Below are positions 10,013-20,186 of a DNA stretch of 64,000 nucleotides, piece after piece. The stretch is from positions 1-64,000 of the IMG/VR virus record IMGVR_UViG_3300020036_009553; one strand, written 5' to 3'. The stretch comes from a virus. Lineage: Duplodnaviria > Caudoviricetes. The notes under the pieces were generated by a model that was not told the DNA's origin, searched no databases, and was given only the letters and a program-made list of their open reading frames with translations. Numbering within the stretch: the first letter of the stretch is position 1; the number at the start of each line of letters is the position of its first letter. A program made the position numbers and the translations under genes.

Positions 10013-10435
10013 ATGGAACATACTTCACTTGATTCTGCTGATGATGATATTGCTCACCCCAAAGGGTTGCCACCATCTCCCGTTGAAATGACGGATCTTG
10101 TATCAAAAATACAAGAACAGTGTGGTGATTTGAGTGCGATGTATTCGCATATTGTGAATAAAACCACTGAAGAATATCTAGCCAAAATGGTACAAACCGT
10201 GGTGTTAGATTTAACTCTTATTCCTGTTGTGCGATCTCTCAAAGGATTGTCTGGACCATCTGACGATGCCCAGACAGTTTCATCGGGGTTCAAAAGTATA
10301 GCAAAAACTATTGCAAACTTGTTTAACAAAGAACAACACGAGATTGAATCCCGTATTGTTGAAGAAATGAATACGTTTCCTGTGGACGATGTGCGCCAGG
10401 CCTATTTGCTTCGTTTTCAAAATAGGCTGAATTGA
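10013..10435 (+). CDS. hypothetical protein
   Basis: 140 aa ORF with RBS. Confidence 0.6.
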   Translation: MEHTSLDSADDDIAHPKGLPPSPVEMTDLVSKIQEQCGDLSAMYSHIVNKTTEEYLAKMVQTVVLDLTLIPVVRSLKGLSGPSDDAQTVSSGFKSIAKTIANLFNKEQHEIESRIVEEMNTFPVDDVRQAYLLRFQNRLN

Positions 10436-10515
10436 TTTGTGGTTGTTGACTTTTCCCCTATTACTGAGTATAGTGTGATTTGATTAATTCCACCACTCTC
10501 TGATTAGGATGCCTT

Positions 10516-11343
10516 ATGAGCACTACCACCATACCTGATTCGCTCGTAGAACACAAGACAATATTAGATCCATTGTTGGGTAGTACCAATACTAAGTATG
10601 GGACAATATTGGAATTCACGGACCTTGCTTTGATACGATCTAAGTTGTCTAAGTTAGATACGGCAACTTCGTCAAAGCCCAAGCGCATCAACTCAGGGAA
10701 ACACGTATTTTCTTTGGTTCCGAGAAGGATCAACTACTTGCTTAATAACCACACTTGTGTACGATGTGGAATCACACTTTCGCTGGCAATGGTGTACAAA
10801 CCCATCAATACCGACGACAAAACCCCCAACCACATTCATTTGTGTGGTATTCGGGATGGAAAAATCATCCCCCTGACAATCGATCATGTGTTACCTCATA
10901 GTTTGGGAGGTAAATATGCCGATAGCAACTTTCAGACACTGTGTGGACATTGTAACACGGCAAAAGGCAATATGATGTCACCATCGGAAATTGCTCTTGT
11001 CCGGGCTGATCCAACCAAACATACCAGAAGTACTGTTAGTGTGGATTCAATGTTGGCTGCTGTTGCGTCAATGGAGAATTATGCACAGATAAGCACAGAT
11101 GGGGTAAGCATCAAAAAAGCAATTACGGAAGCAAAAATTGATTTTATATCAGCAACAGCTGCTGTACAAGGCAAAACACCTCCTGCTGTTCATACGCGTT
11201 GTCCTGTTAGTAAGGTTTCTCCTGACCGCGAGTGGATTATGTGGTGGAAATCTCGTCCATCTGTAATAAAATTGCTTTGGTATTGGCTTAATGGGAAGTC
11301 CAAGCCGAGAACCACGCCAAAAGTGGCATTTAATAATCGTTGA
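10516..11343 (+). CDS. HNH endonuclease domain protein
   Basis: CVRCG...TIDHVLPHSLGG...NFQTLCGHCNTAKG. Confidence 0.8.
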   Translation: MSTTTIPDSLVEHKTILDPLLGSTNTKYGTILEFTDLALIRSKLSKLDTATSSKPKRINSGKHVFSLVPRRINYLLNNHTCVRCGITLSLAMVYKPINTDDKTPNHIHLCGIRDGKIIPLTIDHVLPHSLGGKYADSNFQTLCGHCNTAKGNMMSPSEIALVRADPTKHTRSTVSVDSMLAAVASMENYAQISTDGVSIKKAITEAKIDFISATAAVQGKTPPAVHTRCPVSKVSPDREWIMWWKSRPSVIKLLWYWLNGKSKPRTTPKVAFNNR

Positions 11344-11368
11344 CTTTTAAATTAAACCCATATATAAT
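11340..11368 (+). promoter_or_regulatory. sigma70-type promoter upstream of the PEP-CTERM pair
   Basis: TTGACT-N17-TATAAT. Confidence 0.75.
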
Positions 11369-11444
11369 TGTAATCATCGGATGTAGATAAAACTATCTAT
11401 ATTTCCCCGATAATAACTCTTTTTTCGCATAAGGACATTTTGAA

Positions 11445-11714
11445 ATGAAAAAAATTCTTGTTATGGCTTCTCTGCTGGCTGCTCTCCTGAGCACATCTCC
11501 CGTGATGGCACAAGTTTCCCCACCTGCTGACGATGTTGATCCAAACGTCACTGTTGCCGAGCTCTTGCCACCAGATTCCGACTTTGGAAATTTTGGCCGC
11601 GGTTTTTCGGTGTTTTCCGTTTCGGTACCGGATGAAGTACCCACTCCTGGCACTCTCGCGCTTCTTGCCATTGGGCTGGTTGGAATGGGTGCATTTGCTC
11701 GCCGTTCCGTTTAA
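11445..11714 (+). CDS. PEP-CTERM sorting-domain protein (VPTP variant)
   Basis: Signal peptide; C-terminal VPTPGTLALLAIGLVGMGAFARR. Confidence 0.85.
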   Translation: MKKILVMASLLAALLSTSPVMAQVSPPADDVDPNVTVAELLPPDSDFGNFGRGFSVFSVSVPDEVPTPGTLALLAIGLVGMGAFARRSV

Positions 11715-11732
11715 TTTTAAAAAGGAACTATT

Positions 11733-12500
11733 ATGAATAAAATGTTTTCAAAATTTGCTGGTATGTCCGCAATCGCCGCCCTGGCTCTTGCTGCTCCTGT
11801 GGCGATGGCTGATACGGTTACGTTGAACCTCCAGAATCTTGCTTTTACTACCACAGCATACGTCAGTTCAAACAGTGGGGCGTCATTTACGAATACGTAT
11901 GTGTCATTCCTCAATGGGAACGTAACCAACCCTGTTGGTCCGCTGGCTACCTCGGTTTTTAACCCCCTTCCTGCCGACGTGGATGTGTTTTGTATCCAAT
12001 TGCTGCAGAGTATTGGTGTCCCTAGTTCAAATACCTTCAACTTCGGTACTTTGGCTGCTTCTGGTTCGCCTGATGGTCCTCCTGGCCCACTTTCCGCGCT
12101 TCAACAAAAACAGATCCTGAACATGTACAGCAATGCGGATGGTAATCAATATATCAATGCGACTAACGCCGCCGCGTTCCAACTCGCTCTCTGGGAAATT
12201 ACCTTTGATGGTAACGGTGTTCTCAATGAAGATGCCGGAGTTTTTCAGGTTAAGCCTTTGAGCGCTGTCGTCGAGGCAGCATTGGATGGGTATCTTGCTA
12301 GCACGGTGTCTGATCTCAACAACAATGATCCTGACCTGACCATGTATGCGTTTCAAAATGGCAGGGTTCAAGACTTTGTAATTGATCTCGAGCGGTTGCC
12401 AGGCGGTGGTGATGAAGATCTGCCAGAACCTGGTTCCATGGCGTTGCTCGGTCTTGGGCTGGTTGGTCTAGCTGGTACTCGACGTCGTTTCGTCAAGTAA
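11733..12500 (+). CDS. PEP-CTERM sorting-domain protein
   Basis: Signal peptide; FCIQL and AAFQLALWEI motifs; C-terminal LPEPGSMALLGLGLVGLAGTRRR. Confidence 0.9.
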   Translation: MNKMFSKFAGMSAIAALALAAPVAMADTVTLNLQNLAFTTTAYVSSNSGASFTNTYVSFLNGNVTNPVGPLATSVFNPLPADVDVFCIQLLQSIGVPSSNTFNFGTLAASGSPDGPPGPLSALQQKQILNMYSNADGNQYINATNAAAFQLALWEITFDGNGVLNEDAGVFQVKPLSAVVEAALDGYLASTVSDLNNNDPDLTMYAFQNGRVQDFVIDLERLPGGGDEDLPEPGSMALLGLGLVGLAGTRRRFVK

Positions 12501-12654
12501 TTGAATCTGAAAATTTCATAGGAGTGGAATGACCGAACCGTAAATTGATCGAAAAGTAAACGTTCCTATCTGTAAGAATATACCAGTAGGATTGCCAATA
12601 ATACGTTAGTATGATGCTGGGCAGATCATCATTTACCACACGGCTATGAAAATC

Positions 12655-12681
12655 AAAAGAGGAACCGTGTGTTCCTCTTTT
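12655..12681 (+). terminator. intrinsic terminator
   Basis: AAAAGAGGAAC-cgtgt-GTTCCTCTTTT. Confidence 0.7.
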
Positions 12682-12704
12682 GTTTACCTATAAAGAATAA
12701 TAAT

Positions 12705-13019
12705 ATGCCTATCTACACCCATAATGATATTGAATATTTTCCTGCGTACTACCAGGAAACAATCATCGCCCCAAATGTGATTTTGGAAGATACTGATGAT
12801 CAATCAGATATGAGGCCCTTCGTTGTTGAGGTACTTAACCACATGGGGTACGCAGTTCATATCACGAAAGATAATTTTCTAGCGTTATCACATCCACTTC
12901 CTGTACCAGAAAATAATTGCGCAATCCTCTTTTTTAGACCATCTACTACGCTAAATTGGAGTGTAATGACAGCAAAGAGTGCTTCTATTTTTGCTGGAGT
13001 GGGCAAGATTGTGAGTTGA
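12705..13019 (+). CDS. hypothetical protein
   Basis: ORF in co-directional run. Confidence 0.45.
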   Translation: MPIYTHNDIEYFPAYYQETIIAPNVILEDTDDQSDMRPFVVEVLNHMGYAVHITKDNFLALSHPLPVPENNCAILFFRPSTTLNWSVMTAKSASIFAGVGKIVS

Positions 13020-13077
13020 GGTTTTATTAAGACTCGTCGACAATACTCGCTCTTTTTACAATAACGGAGATCTCCAC

Positions 13078-13362
13078 ATGCGATATGAATACAAAAATGA
13101 CTATGAATATGAGCCCCCCAATATTATGGATTATGCATCGGCGTGGGATCGTATTATTGCTGGCGCAATCACCATTATTTTAATGATGTTAGGGGCAGTT
13201 GCTGGTTACACAGGTGGATACCTATTAGCAGACAAGTTTGGTACATTATTTGCAATATTATTATCGTGTACGTTTGTCGCTATTGTATATCTACGGATGA
13301 TGTGCTTGTGCGAATGGGTAGACCGCCCCGAAGAAGACGTTTTGTACATCCCGTACAAATAA
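13078..13362 (+). CDS. small membrane protein
   Basis: GGAGA RBS; two hydrophobic segments. Confidence 0.55.
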   Translation: MRYEYKNDYEYEPPNIMDYASAWDRIIAGAITIILMMLGAVAGYTGGYLLADKFGTLFAILLSCTFVAIVYLRMMCLCEWVDRPEEDVLYIPYK

Positions 13363-13378
13363 TTAGCGAAAGTCCAAC

Positions 13379-13651
13379 ATGATCATTTATTCTCTCTATG
13401 AAACAAGTGGGGTATTTGTTGGTGCTCACATCACTTATGCCACATCAGTTGAGATTTTGATGAAGATCATCAAAAAAACCTTCAAAAAGCAACCAGTTCG
13501 AGTAATACGAGACAAGTTTGATATTTTCGTGATTCACAATCGTATTAAACGAAGACAAGTGGTAATACAAGCGTATCGAATAATTCCAATTGACGTTCTT
13601 GAAAGTCCTCCTCGCAAGTGCGATCACATCCTCAAGGGGCAACCACACTAA
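13379..13651 (+). CDS. basic hypothetical protein
   Basis: ORF in co-directional run. Confidence 0.45.
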   Translation: MIIYSLYETSGVFVGAHITYATSVEILMKIIKKTFKKQPVRVIRDKFDIFVIHNRIKRRQVVIQAYRIIPIDVLESPPRKCDHILKGQPH

Positions 13652-13725
13652 TTTAAAGGGCACCGTTGACTTCACCGTTGTTATTGATGATAATAGACGT
13701 TCTTTAATGGATCGGAGAGATTTCA

Positions 13726-14895
13726 ATGATGACTAATACTGATTACGACGACATCGACGGCGATGATGAAGGTCAAGAAGGTACCGACGTTGAAACCGAA
13801 CTGTTTGGTGCAAAAGAAGTCAGGTGGTATCAGGTCGCGGCTCGTAACGGGGTCGAAATGGCGTTGGAATCAAAGCCGAATGCTCGTATTTTGTTGGTTC
13901 AACCGACTGGGTCTGGCAAGACTGTGTCGTCAGGTCTTATCTTTTCTTCCCAACGAGTCCGCAAGGCGCTGAATGTCCCAGCGGATAGGAAGTTGCGGTT
14001 GTTGTTCATCGCTCACAAACACCGTCTGCTGACTCAAGCGGAAGAAGCGTATGCATCTGCTGAAAACGTGGAGTTCATTCCACAAAGCGCATTCTCTCCA
14101 CTCTCTCCTGACCTGCTCGCTGCTGGCTGGGACGTCACATGTATTGATGAAGCTCACCATGAGGCCATGACTACGATCCAATATCATCTGGATCAACTGG
14201 GCAATAAGCCAATCATTGGGCTAACCGCTACTCCTGATCGTGCTGATGGGTGCTTGATCAAATTTGACATCATCATTGATCCGATTTCTCGGGAACAAGC
14301 GGTGGAAGAAGGATGGTTGGCCCCAACTCGTATTCATACCTTCTTGGATGTGCCGACTATCGACAAAACCGAGATGCTGACAAATCTGCTCAATGATTAT
14401 GCTCATCAGATGGGACAAACGATGATATTCGTGAAGACCAAGCGAGAGATCGTCAATGTGGTGGAAGTATTGGTCAATCTTGGGTATGATGCTGAAGGTA
14501 TCTTGTCCCAATCAGAAAGGGAGTTGAATATCTTGTTGGATCAGTTCAGTGAAGGGGCTGTGCAGTTTATCGTGAACTGCAACAAGATCAACGAAGGGGT
14601 GGACGTGAAAGGGTGTACTGATGTGTTACTTGGCCGCCAATTTGGTTCATATGCTCAACTTAACCAAGTTATTGGACGGGCGGCTCGTCCTGACTCTCCG
14701 TGTAATGTCTGGGAATTGATTAATCCGTTGTCAGCACGTAATCTGGACACCACCGTTGTTGTTGGAACACCTGAGTTCCACAGATTGGTTGGAAAGGAAG
14801 GTGGCCAATGGGTTGAGCGTCAATTCAATTATGTGCAGCACCGCACAAATAAACAACTTGGGGTGGCCACTGGAGTTCGGGCAAGCCACAGGTAA
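13726..14895 (+). CDS. superfamily 2 (DExH) helicase
   Basis: PTGSGKT, DEAHH, LTATP, EGVD and QVIGRAAR motifs. Confidence 0.9.
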   Translation: MMTNTDYDDIDGDDEGQEGTDVETELFGAKEVRWYQVAARNGVEMALESKPNARILLVQPTGSGKTVSSGLIFSSQRVRKALNVPADRKLRLLFIAHKHRLLTQAEEAYASAENVEFIPQSAFSPLSPDLLAAGWDVTCIDEAHHEAMTTIQYHLDQLGNKPIIGLTATPDRADGCLIKFDIIIDPISREQAVEEGWLAPTRIHTFLDVPTIDKTEMLTNLLNDYAHQMGQTMIFVKTKREIVNVVEVLVNLGYDAEGILSQSERELNILLDQFSEGAVQFIVNCNKINEGVDVKGCTDVLLGRQFGSYAQLNQVIGRAARPDSPCNVWELINPLSARNLDTTVVVGTPEFHRLVGKEGGQWVERQFNYVQHRTNKQLGVATGVRASHR

Positions 14896-14913
14896 TCATA
14901 GGAGTCATAACAT

Positions 14914-15108
14914 ATGATTAAAACAATCATATTGCTGATCATTGGAATATATGTCATCCTTTGGGCGATGCCGACAATGGATGGTATGTCTTTCTCAACA
15001 TACGCTTCCAAGCATGGATATAAATCAGCACTTATTCGTGCTTGGGAGGGTCCCAAAACCACAACCATAATTCATTCCAATAAAAAGGAACATCATAATG
15101 ACGACTAA
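14914..15108 (+). CDS. small membrane-anchored protein
   Basis: AGGAG RBS; N-terminal hydrophobic helix. Confidence 0.5.
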   Translation: MIKTIILLIIGIYVILWAMPTMDGMSFSTYASKHGYKSALIRAWEGPKTTTIIHSNKKEHHNDD

Positions 15109-15358
15109 TAGTGAAGCCAGTGTTGCACGTGCGCACCAACATATTCCAACGGACGGCCATTGGGTCATCATAACAACAGTCGGTGTGTCCACGCCAACCT
15201 GCGACCCTGCGCTCGTGTACACTTATTACTTCGATGAGGAAGCATGGAAAAAGGCGATCCGCGCCTACGTCAATGCATCAAATAGCCGTGCGTTTTTTGC
15301 TGCAAAAGTCAATCCAGCTATCATTACGCAAGAAATAAAAATTGATTTTAATTGGTAA
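15098..15358 (+). CDS. hypothetical protein
   Basis: AAGGA RBS; overlaps the previous ORF end. Confidence 0.5.
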   Translation: MTTNSEASVARAHQHIPTDGHWVIITTVGVSTPTCDPALVYTYYFDEEAWKKAIRAYVNASNSRAFFAAKVNPAIITQEIKIDFNW

Positions 15359-15441
15359 CGGTTGAGTTTGGTTCTTTTGAAATTAGTCGTTGACATTTAC
15401 CCTATTACTGTTGATAATAGACGCTTATCAACTGACAACCA

Positions 15442-16635
15442 ATGGGAAGAGAAATGATTAAATTTGACCTCAATAAGTTAAGTGTCGAAATCGTTCAACT
15501 TAAAACCATTACGACTGCCCTTGGTGGAAGTATCAACGTAATAGATGAGAATAAGTCCACGCCCAGCAAAGAAGTTCTTCGTAGGATCAAAGTGCCTATG
15601 GCTACTGCTCGGGCATTCATTATCTTGCACAAGAAGATCACCAGATATTTGAAGCCAGTGTATGTCGCTCTTGCTTGGTATGATGGTATGGTCATCTCTA
15701 TGGAGCGTCATCCTTTGGCTGGGCTGGGCACACTGATCATGGATAGCGTTACTGGGCCCAAACAATGGGAACCAGCGATCCAAACCAACATTGATGGCGT
15801 CATCAAGCCAATGTTGTCAGCCCGCGAATGGTATTTTGATGGTCGTTTTATGTTCTCATTTGAAAATTCGTGCATTGATACGATGATCAAAAACGGCACA
15901 TTTTTGACTTCTGATGGGGCGTTTCGTAAAGTGATTGCCCAAACGGTTGATTTGCAGTCTTTGTTCGACAAAAAGAATCTCTCTGTTGAAGATCGTGGAT
16001 GTCTATCGTTTGTGACTTCCTATGGTGATTCATCATTGTCACCACCGATTTGGAAGAACCTGGACAAAGTTGGTTCTGCGCAAATGGCTATGGCTGGTGG
16101 AATAGATGATGATGAAAGGGACATGTCGACAACAATTACTTCATATGAAGAGCATCCGTTTGATGCCATTGACAATCAAATGGCAGTAAACATTAACTTT
16201 GCGCTGAAATCTGGCAATGAGATTGGGAGATTGTTTGGATATGATTATGTTGAACCGCTTCAATTGGCGAAACTGATGATTGAACTTCACACAGTCAACC
16301 TTCCCAGCGTTGCAAAATCAGTAAAAGCCACGTATGATTGTGGTATGAAGTTTAGTCATGCGCTGGCTTGGCTGTTGGGATTGTCTAGGTTTGCCAATAC
16401 GCTTGAAACGTATGTCGTAATGCGTTCATTGCTGACATATCTGACACGAAAAGGCATCTTCAAACGTGAATTATTTCAGTCTGATAAGGTGTTTAGAGAG
16501 GATCAATCGGTGGCAAATATTCGACTTCTCTCCCTTGATGAACTCAAAGGAAGCGAGAGTGTCATGGATACGGGAATTGCCAAATTGTTGATGAACGTAA
16601 AATCATCTCGTTCATCGTCTCGGCCAAAAAGATGA
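15442..16635 (+). CDS. hypothetical phage protein (397 aa)
   Basis: Long ORF after a TTGACA promoter. Confidence 0.7.
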   Translation: MGREMIKFDLNKLSVEIVQLKTITTALGGSINVIDENKSTPSKEVLRRIKVPMATARAFIILHKKITRYLKPVYVALAWYDGMVISMERHPLAGLGTLIMDSVTGPKQWEPAIQTNIDGVIKPMLSAREWYFDGRFMFSFENSCIDTMIKNGTFLTSDGAFRKVIAQTVDLQSLFDKKNLSVEDRGCLSFVTSYGDSSLSPPIWKNLDKVGSAQMAMAGGIDDDERDMSTTITSYEEHPFDAIDNQMAVNINFALKSGNEIGRLFGYDYVEPLQLAKLMIELHTVNLPSVAKSVKATYDCGMKFSHALAWLLGLSRFANTLETYVVMRSLLTYLTRKGIFKRELFQSDKVFREDQSVANIRLLSLDELKGSESVMDTGIAKLLMNVKSSRSSSRPKR

Positions 16636-16853
16636 TAAATATCTGGGATAGTGAATTAATTACCGTCCAAAGTGCCCCTTTTTCGAAGGAAATCAAATGG
16701 TCGATAATTTATCATTACACATGGGTGATTCAAAAACATTGAATGATTGTAGGACAGAGGAGGTACAAGCGACAGACCTCTGTTTTACTTTCAATTATGG
16801 TGATTTTGAAGAAGATGAAGAAGATGATGAAGATTAACTAACGAGGAGAGTAC

Positions 16854-17066
16854 ATGAATCCAAATAACACAAACAACAATACTGTTCCACCCCGCAGCAT
16901 CGTAATTAGTGAAAAAGACGTAGGACCGTTTAACACACAAATCAACAAATATTTGTCAGAAGGGTGGGTACAACACGGTAATATCATTTTTGAGCAGGGG
17001 AATGGACATCGTGAACGGCAATATATTGTTCAGCTCGTCCAGAATTTTCCTAAATGTAACCGTTGA
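16854..17066 (+). CDS. small hypothetical protein
   Basis: GAGGAG RBS; INKYLSEGW motif. Confidence 0.55.
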   Translation: MNPNNTNNNTVPPRSIVISEKDVGPFNTQINKYLSEGWVQHGNIIFEQGNGHRERQYIVQLVQNFPKCNR

Positions 17067-17173
17067 CTTCATCTAATAACTCGTATATAATGTTTATATT
17101 GAATGACGTAATGATACGAAATTCAATTTCACGAAGAAGTAACTGTAATGTATAACAAAACAGGAGATATAAA

Positions 17174-18241
17174 ATGGCTACATATGAACTGATTCGCAAT
17201 GGCGACGTAGAAGTCACAAAAGTAATTGATGAACACAAGAAGACAGTGGCAAGCGTTGTCATTGATGGTAAGTACCACCACAGGTTTCCGCACACCTCGC
17301 GTGTGTCCAAGCACTTGGATATTATGATGGCCGATGATCTGGCTGAGCGGCTGTCTGGTGGATCGTTCTTCATGGTGGATGGAGAACTGGTAGATTTCCG
17401 TGATGGAAATTACAATGGATTTATCCACACCGATTCATCCATTGATACGATGATGGACGTCATCGGGTATCAACGCAAGGCAGATTTGAAGGCTCCCCAC
17501 CAACGGAAAAAGGATGACGAAGATAGTAAGATTTTACTTCGTACGGTCTGGGACAGCAGCGAGATCAGTGTTCCTGGTTACGCAGTTGGTGTAGCCGACT
17601 TTGATTCGATCCTATCGTTTACGTGGAATCCGTTCATGAAAACGGTTAACAGCGCACTTGAGTTGGTTCGGCTGATTTGCACAAACGGTGCGATTGGAAT
17701 CGCTTCCTTCCTGAACACAAAAGTGCCGTTGATGAACCGGTGGGAAGAACACTTGGATATCGCGGCAAGGCAAATTCAAAACAAGGTGAACTCGATCGTG
17801 TCGAGCCGAGTTAATCTGCTTGTTGATTCTCGTGCTTCTGTTGCTGATTTGATGTTGTTGGGCAATCATGCATTTGACCGTCTGTATTCTTCAACGGATA
17901 AGACGGAAGAAGAACGTTTGACCTTGCTCGGCATCTTGAACGCTTGTAATGTCCGGGAGCACCTCGGTGATGTATATCGCGAGAGTGTGTTTTTGAACAA
18001 AGATTTGTCTGCTCAAATGCCAGGACACCTGACGTTGTTTGATGCATACAACATCGCAACGGAGTTGCGGTCTCATACAACTCCGTGTTCCAAGAGTTCC
18101 GATTTTGCGATGGACAAGTTTGCGAACCGGGTGTTGTTTGATGATGAAGACGATTATCAAGTTAGTGCAGGTAGGTATGGCAAACCGACTATATCTGCAT
18201 TCTCCTCACCTGAGCGAGCGTTTTACGGTCGAGTGAATTAA
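17174..18241 (+). CDS. DUF932-like protein
   Basis: RLICTNG motif and TLFDAYNIATE; own promoter, RBS and terminator. Confidence 0.55.
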   Translation: MATYELIRNGDVEVTKVIDEHKKTVASVVIDGKYHHRFPHTSRVSKHLDIMMADDLAERLSGGSFFMVDGELVDFRDGNYNGFIHTDSSIDTMMDVIGYQRKADLKAPHQRKKDDEDSKILLRTVWDSSEISVPGYAVGVADFDSILSFTWNPFMKTVNSALELVRLICTNGAIGIASFLNTKVPLMNRWEEHLDIAARQIQNKVNSIVSSRVNLLVDSRASVADLMLLGNHAFDRLYSSTDKTEEERLTLLGILNACNVREHLGDVYRESVFLNKDLSAQMPGHLTLFDAYNIATELRSHTTPCSKSSDFAMDKFANRVLFDDEDDYQVSAGRYGKPTISAFSSPERAFYGRVN

Positions 18242-18249
18242 TAAACAAA

Positions 18250-18274
18250 CAAAAGGGCCGCAAGGCCCTTTTTT
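18250..18274 (+). terminator. intrinsic terminator
   Basis: AAAAGGGCC-GCAA-GGCCCTTTTTT. Confidence 0.8.
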
Positions 18275-18562
18275 GGGATATATGTTTATGATTATGTATA
18301 ATTACGCAACTGTTACTCCCGGTCATTCAATTTTTACTGTTGAGCTATTGTCGAGATGTAACAAGGGACCAACCGAAGTGAAGCTTCGGAATGGAACAAC
18401 TGTGAGAGTGGTTCATGTCAATATCAAATATGAATCTCATGGAGATTGGTACGATTTATCCCATTTTGAGATGGATAGAGATAAACACTCTGTACACACG
18501 TCTTGGGATATGAATGGATTTAACACGTACCCAAAAGATCACAATCTTGACATTGTTAGTAT

Positions 18563-19114
18563 GTGAGGAATGTTATGCTCTCTTTTTTCAAACAAAAGGA
18601 TCCCCTTCCTGACATTGATATTGATTTAGATTGTGCTGATATCGAAGAAGAGGAAAAGACACCACCTCGCCCACCTTCTTCCAAGTCACCAGAAGACAGA
18701 GTCCTTGACCGCATTGCTGCGGAACATCAATGGCGAGAAGACATTAATGCTCGCGTAATGGCACGAGAGAAACCTCGGCAACTCGCTATCATAGAGATCC
18801 TTAGACAATCGGAGAAATATGATAAAGTAGTGTCCTCTAAAAAATATGTCCCCCCACAAGGTTGGAAGCGCAACTTTCCACAAGGTGGTGGACCAGAATA
18901 CATTGCTGGGTGCTTGTTTGATCAACAACAAAATCAAAAAAAGAATCCCGATAGCCCATATTGGAAGTACGTTTTTTCAGCGTGGACAGAGGAACATTGG
19001 CTTGAGATCATTGCGTATGTTAGATATTTGCAAACACTGGCGTTCATGCAACAACCAGCTTGTCAATTTTCATATACTTGGTATCGTCAATTGTGCTATC
19101 GCCTTTTTCACTGA
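18563..19114 (+). CDS. hypothetical protein
   Basis: 183 aa ORF (true start may be slightly downstream). Confidence 0.55.
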   Translation: MRNVMLSFFKQKDPLPDIDIDLDCADIEEEEKTPPRPPSSKSPEDRVLDRIAAEHQWREDINARVMAREKPRQLAIIEILRQSEKYDKVVSSKKYVPPQGWKRNFPQGGGPEYIAGCLFDQQQNQKKNPDSPYWKYVFSAWTEEHWLEIIAYVRYLQTLAFMQQPACQFSYTWYRQLCYRLFH

Positions 19115-19123
19115 GGAATAACT

Positions 19124-19606
19124 ATGAGTTTCAAACAGAAAGATTGTGCTGTATATGTAGATGGGAAATGTATTTGTGTTCTTAATGACCAGTTACTCGA
19201 TCGGCAAGGAATTGGAGCAGTACAGCTGAGAGAATTGAAAAAGTTACACAGACAGAAGTACCGAACATTCCAACAAATACAAAATCAAATTTATCTTGGT
19301 ATTCCCAGCCGTGCCAAGCTAGATGCCTTAGTCGCTAAAGTGACTAACATCGAGTTTGGGTTGCAGGATGTGTGGGGGTTTCCAAGGGATGAAAATTACC
19401 ATCAATGGTTCAGACTCCCAGGATGCTCTTGTCCAAAATTGGACAACGCCGACTTTGTGGGGACTGCACTCCGCATTTATAGTCATGATTGTCCATTGCA
19501 TAAAATGAGATTACACAAAATGAAATTGCAACAAAGTGACCAACCTGTTAAAGTTCTCCCCCCAATTCAGTGGGCTGATACGGTCAATTTGTGTTCTAGT
19601 TTATAA
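19124..19606 (+). CDS. hypothetical phage protein, possibly metal-binding
   Basis: H..W...PGCSCPKLDN...CPLH. Confidence 0.6.
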   Translation: MSFKQKDCAVYVDGKCICVLNDQLLDRQGIGAVQLRELKKLHRQKYRTFQQIQNQIYLGIPSRAKLDALVAKVTNIEFGLQDVWGFPRDENYHQWFRLPGCSCPKLDNADFVGTALRIYSHDCPLHKMRLHKMKLQQSDQPVKVLPPIQWADTVNLCSSL

Positions 19607-19751
19607 CAATGGGAATTCACATTGGGAGCATTATTATTGGGATGTTAGCGATAATAATATACAGTGTTTACATTTGGGCCATATATTTTAATCAACTGTT
19701 GATTTTTATGTAATATTAAAGTATAATGTATTTTTATGAGAGGAATACGTC

Positions 19752-19994
19752 ATGCCACCAACTATCCAAAAAGGACCAGAACTCGAGCTGTTGTGTGAGA
19801 TATGGAATGAGCACGGCGATCATTTTGAGATCGGGCCCGATCGTGATGGTCTCGACATGATTGAAATTCGTGAGTATGTTCAAGGGACGGAGAAGGACGA
19901 CAAGTGTATCAATCGAGTGGTCTTTACCAAAGACACCGCACGGTTAATGATTACAGCACTGACCAAGGTTTTGGAGAATAATCCCGATGCATGA
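19752..19994 (+). CDS. hypothetical protein
   Basis: Promoter and GAGGA RBS. Confidence 0.55.
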   Translation: MPPTIQKGPELELLCEIWNEHGDHFEIGPDRDGLDMIEIREYVQGTEKDDKCINRVVFTKDTARLMITALTKVLENNPDA

Positions 19995-20186
19995 TTTTTT
20001 CATTGCGATGTTAACTTGGGTAATGTATTTTCTCTCCTTCAACTCGTTTGTGTTTGGTGTTGTCACTTTGGCTACGTTAGAGAACATACGTTCGTTTAAA
20101 GATAACATTCCTCTAAAGATGTTTATCATCTGTGGAGCATTGTTAAACTTGGTTTGGGTTATTCGACATGTGATGATTGGACAAAC

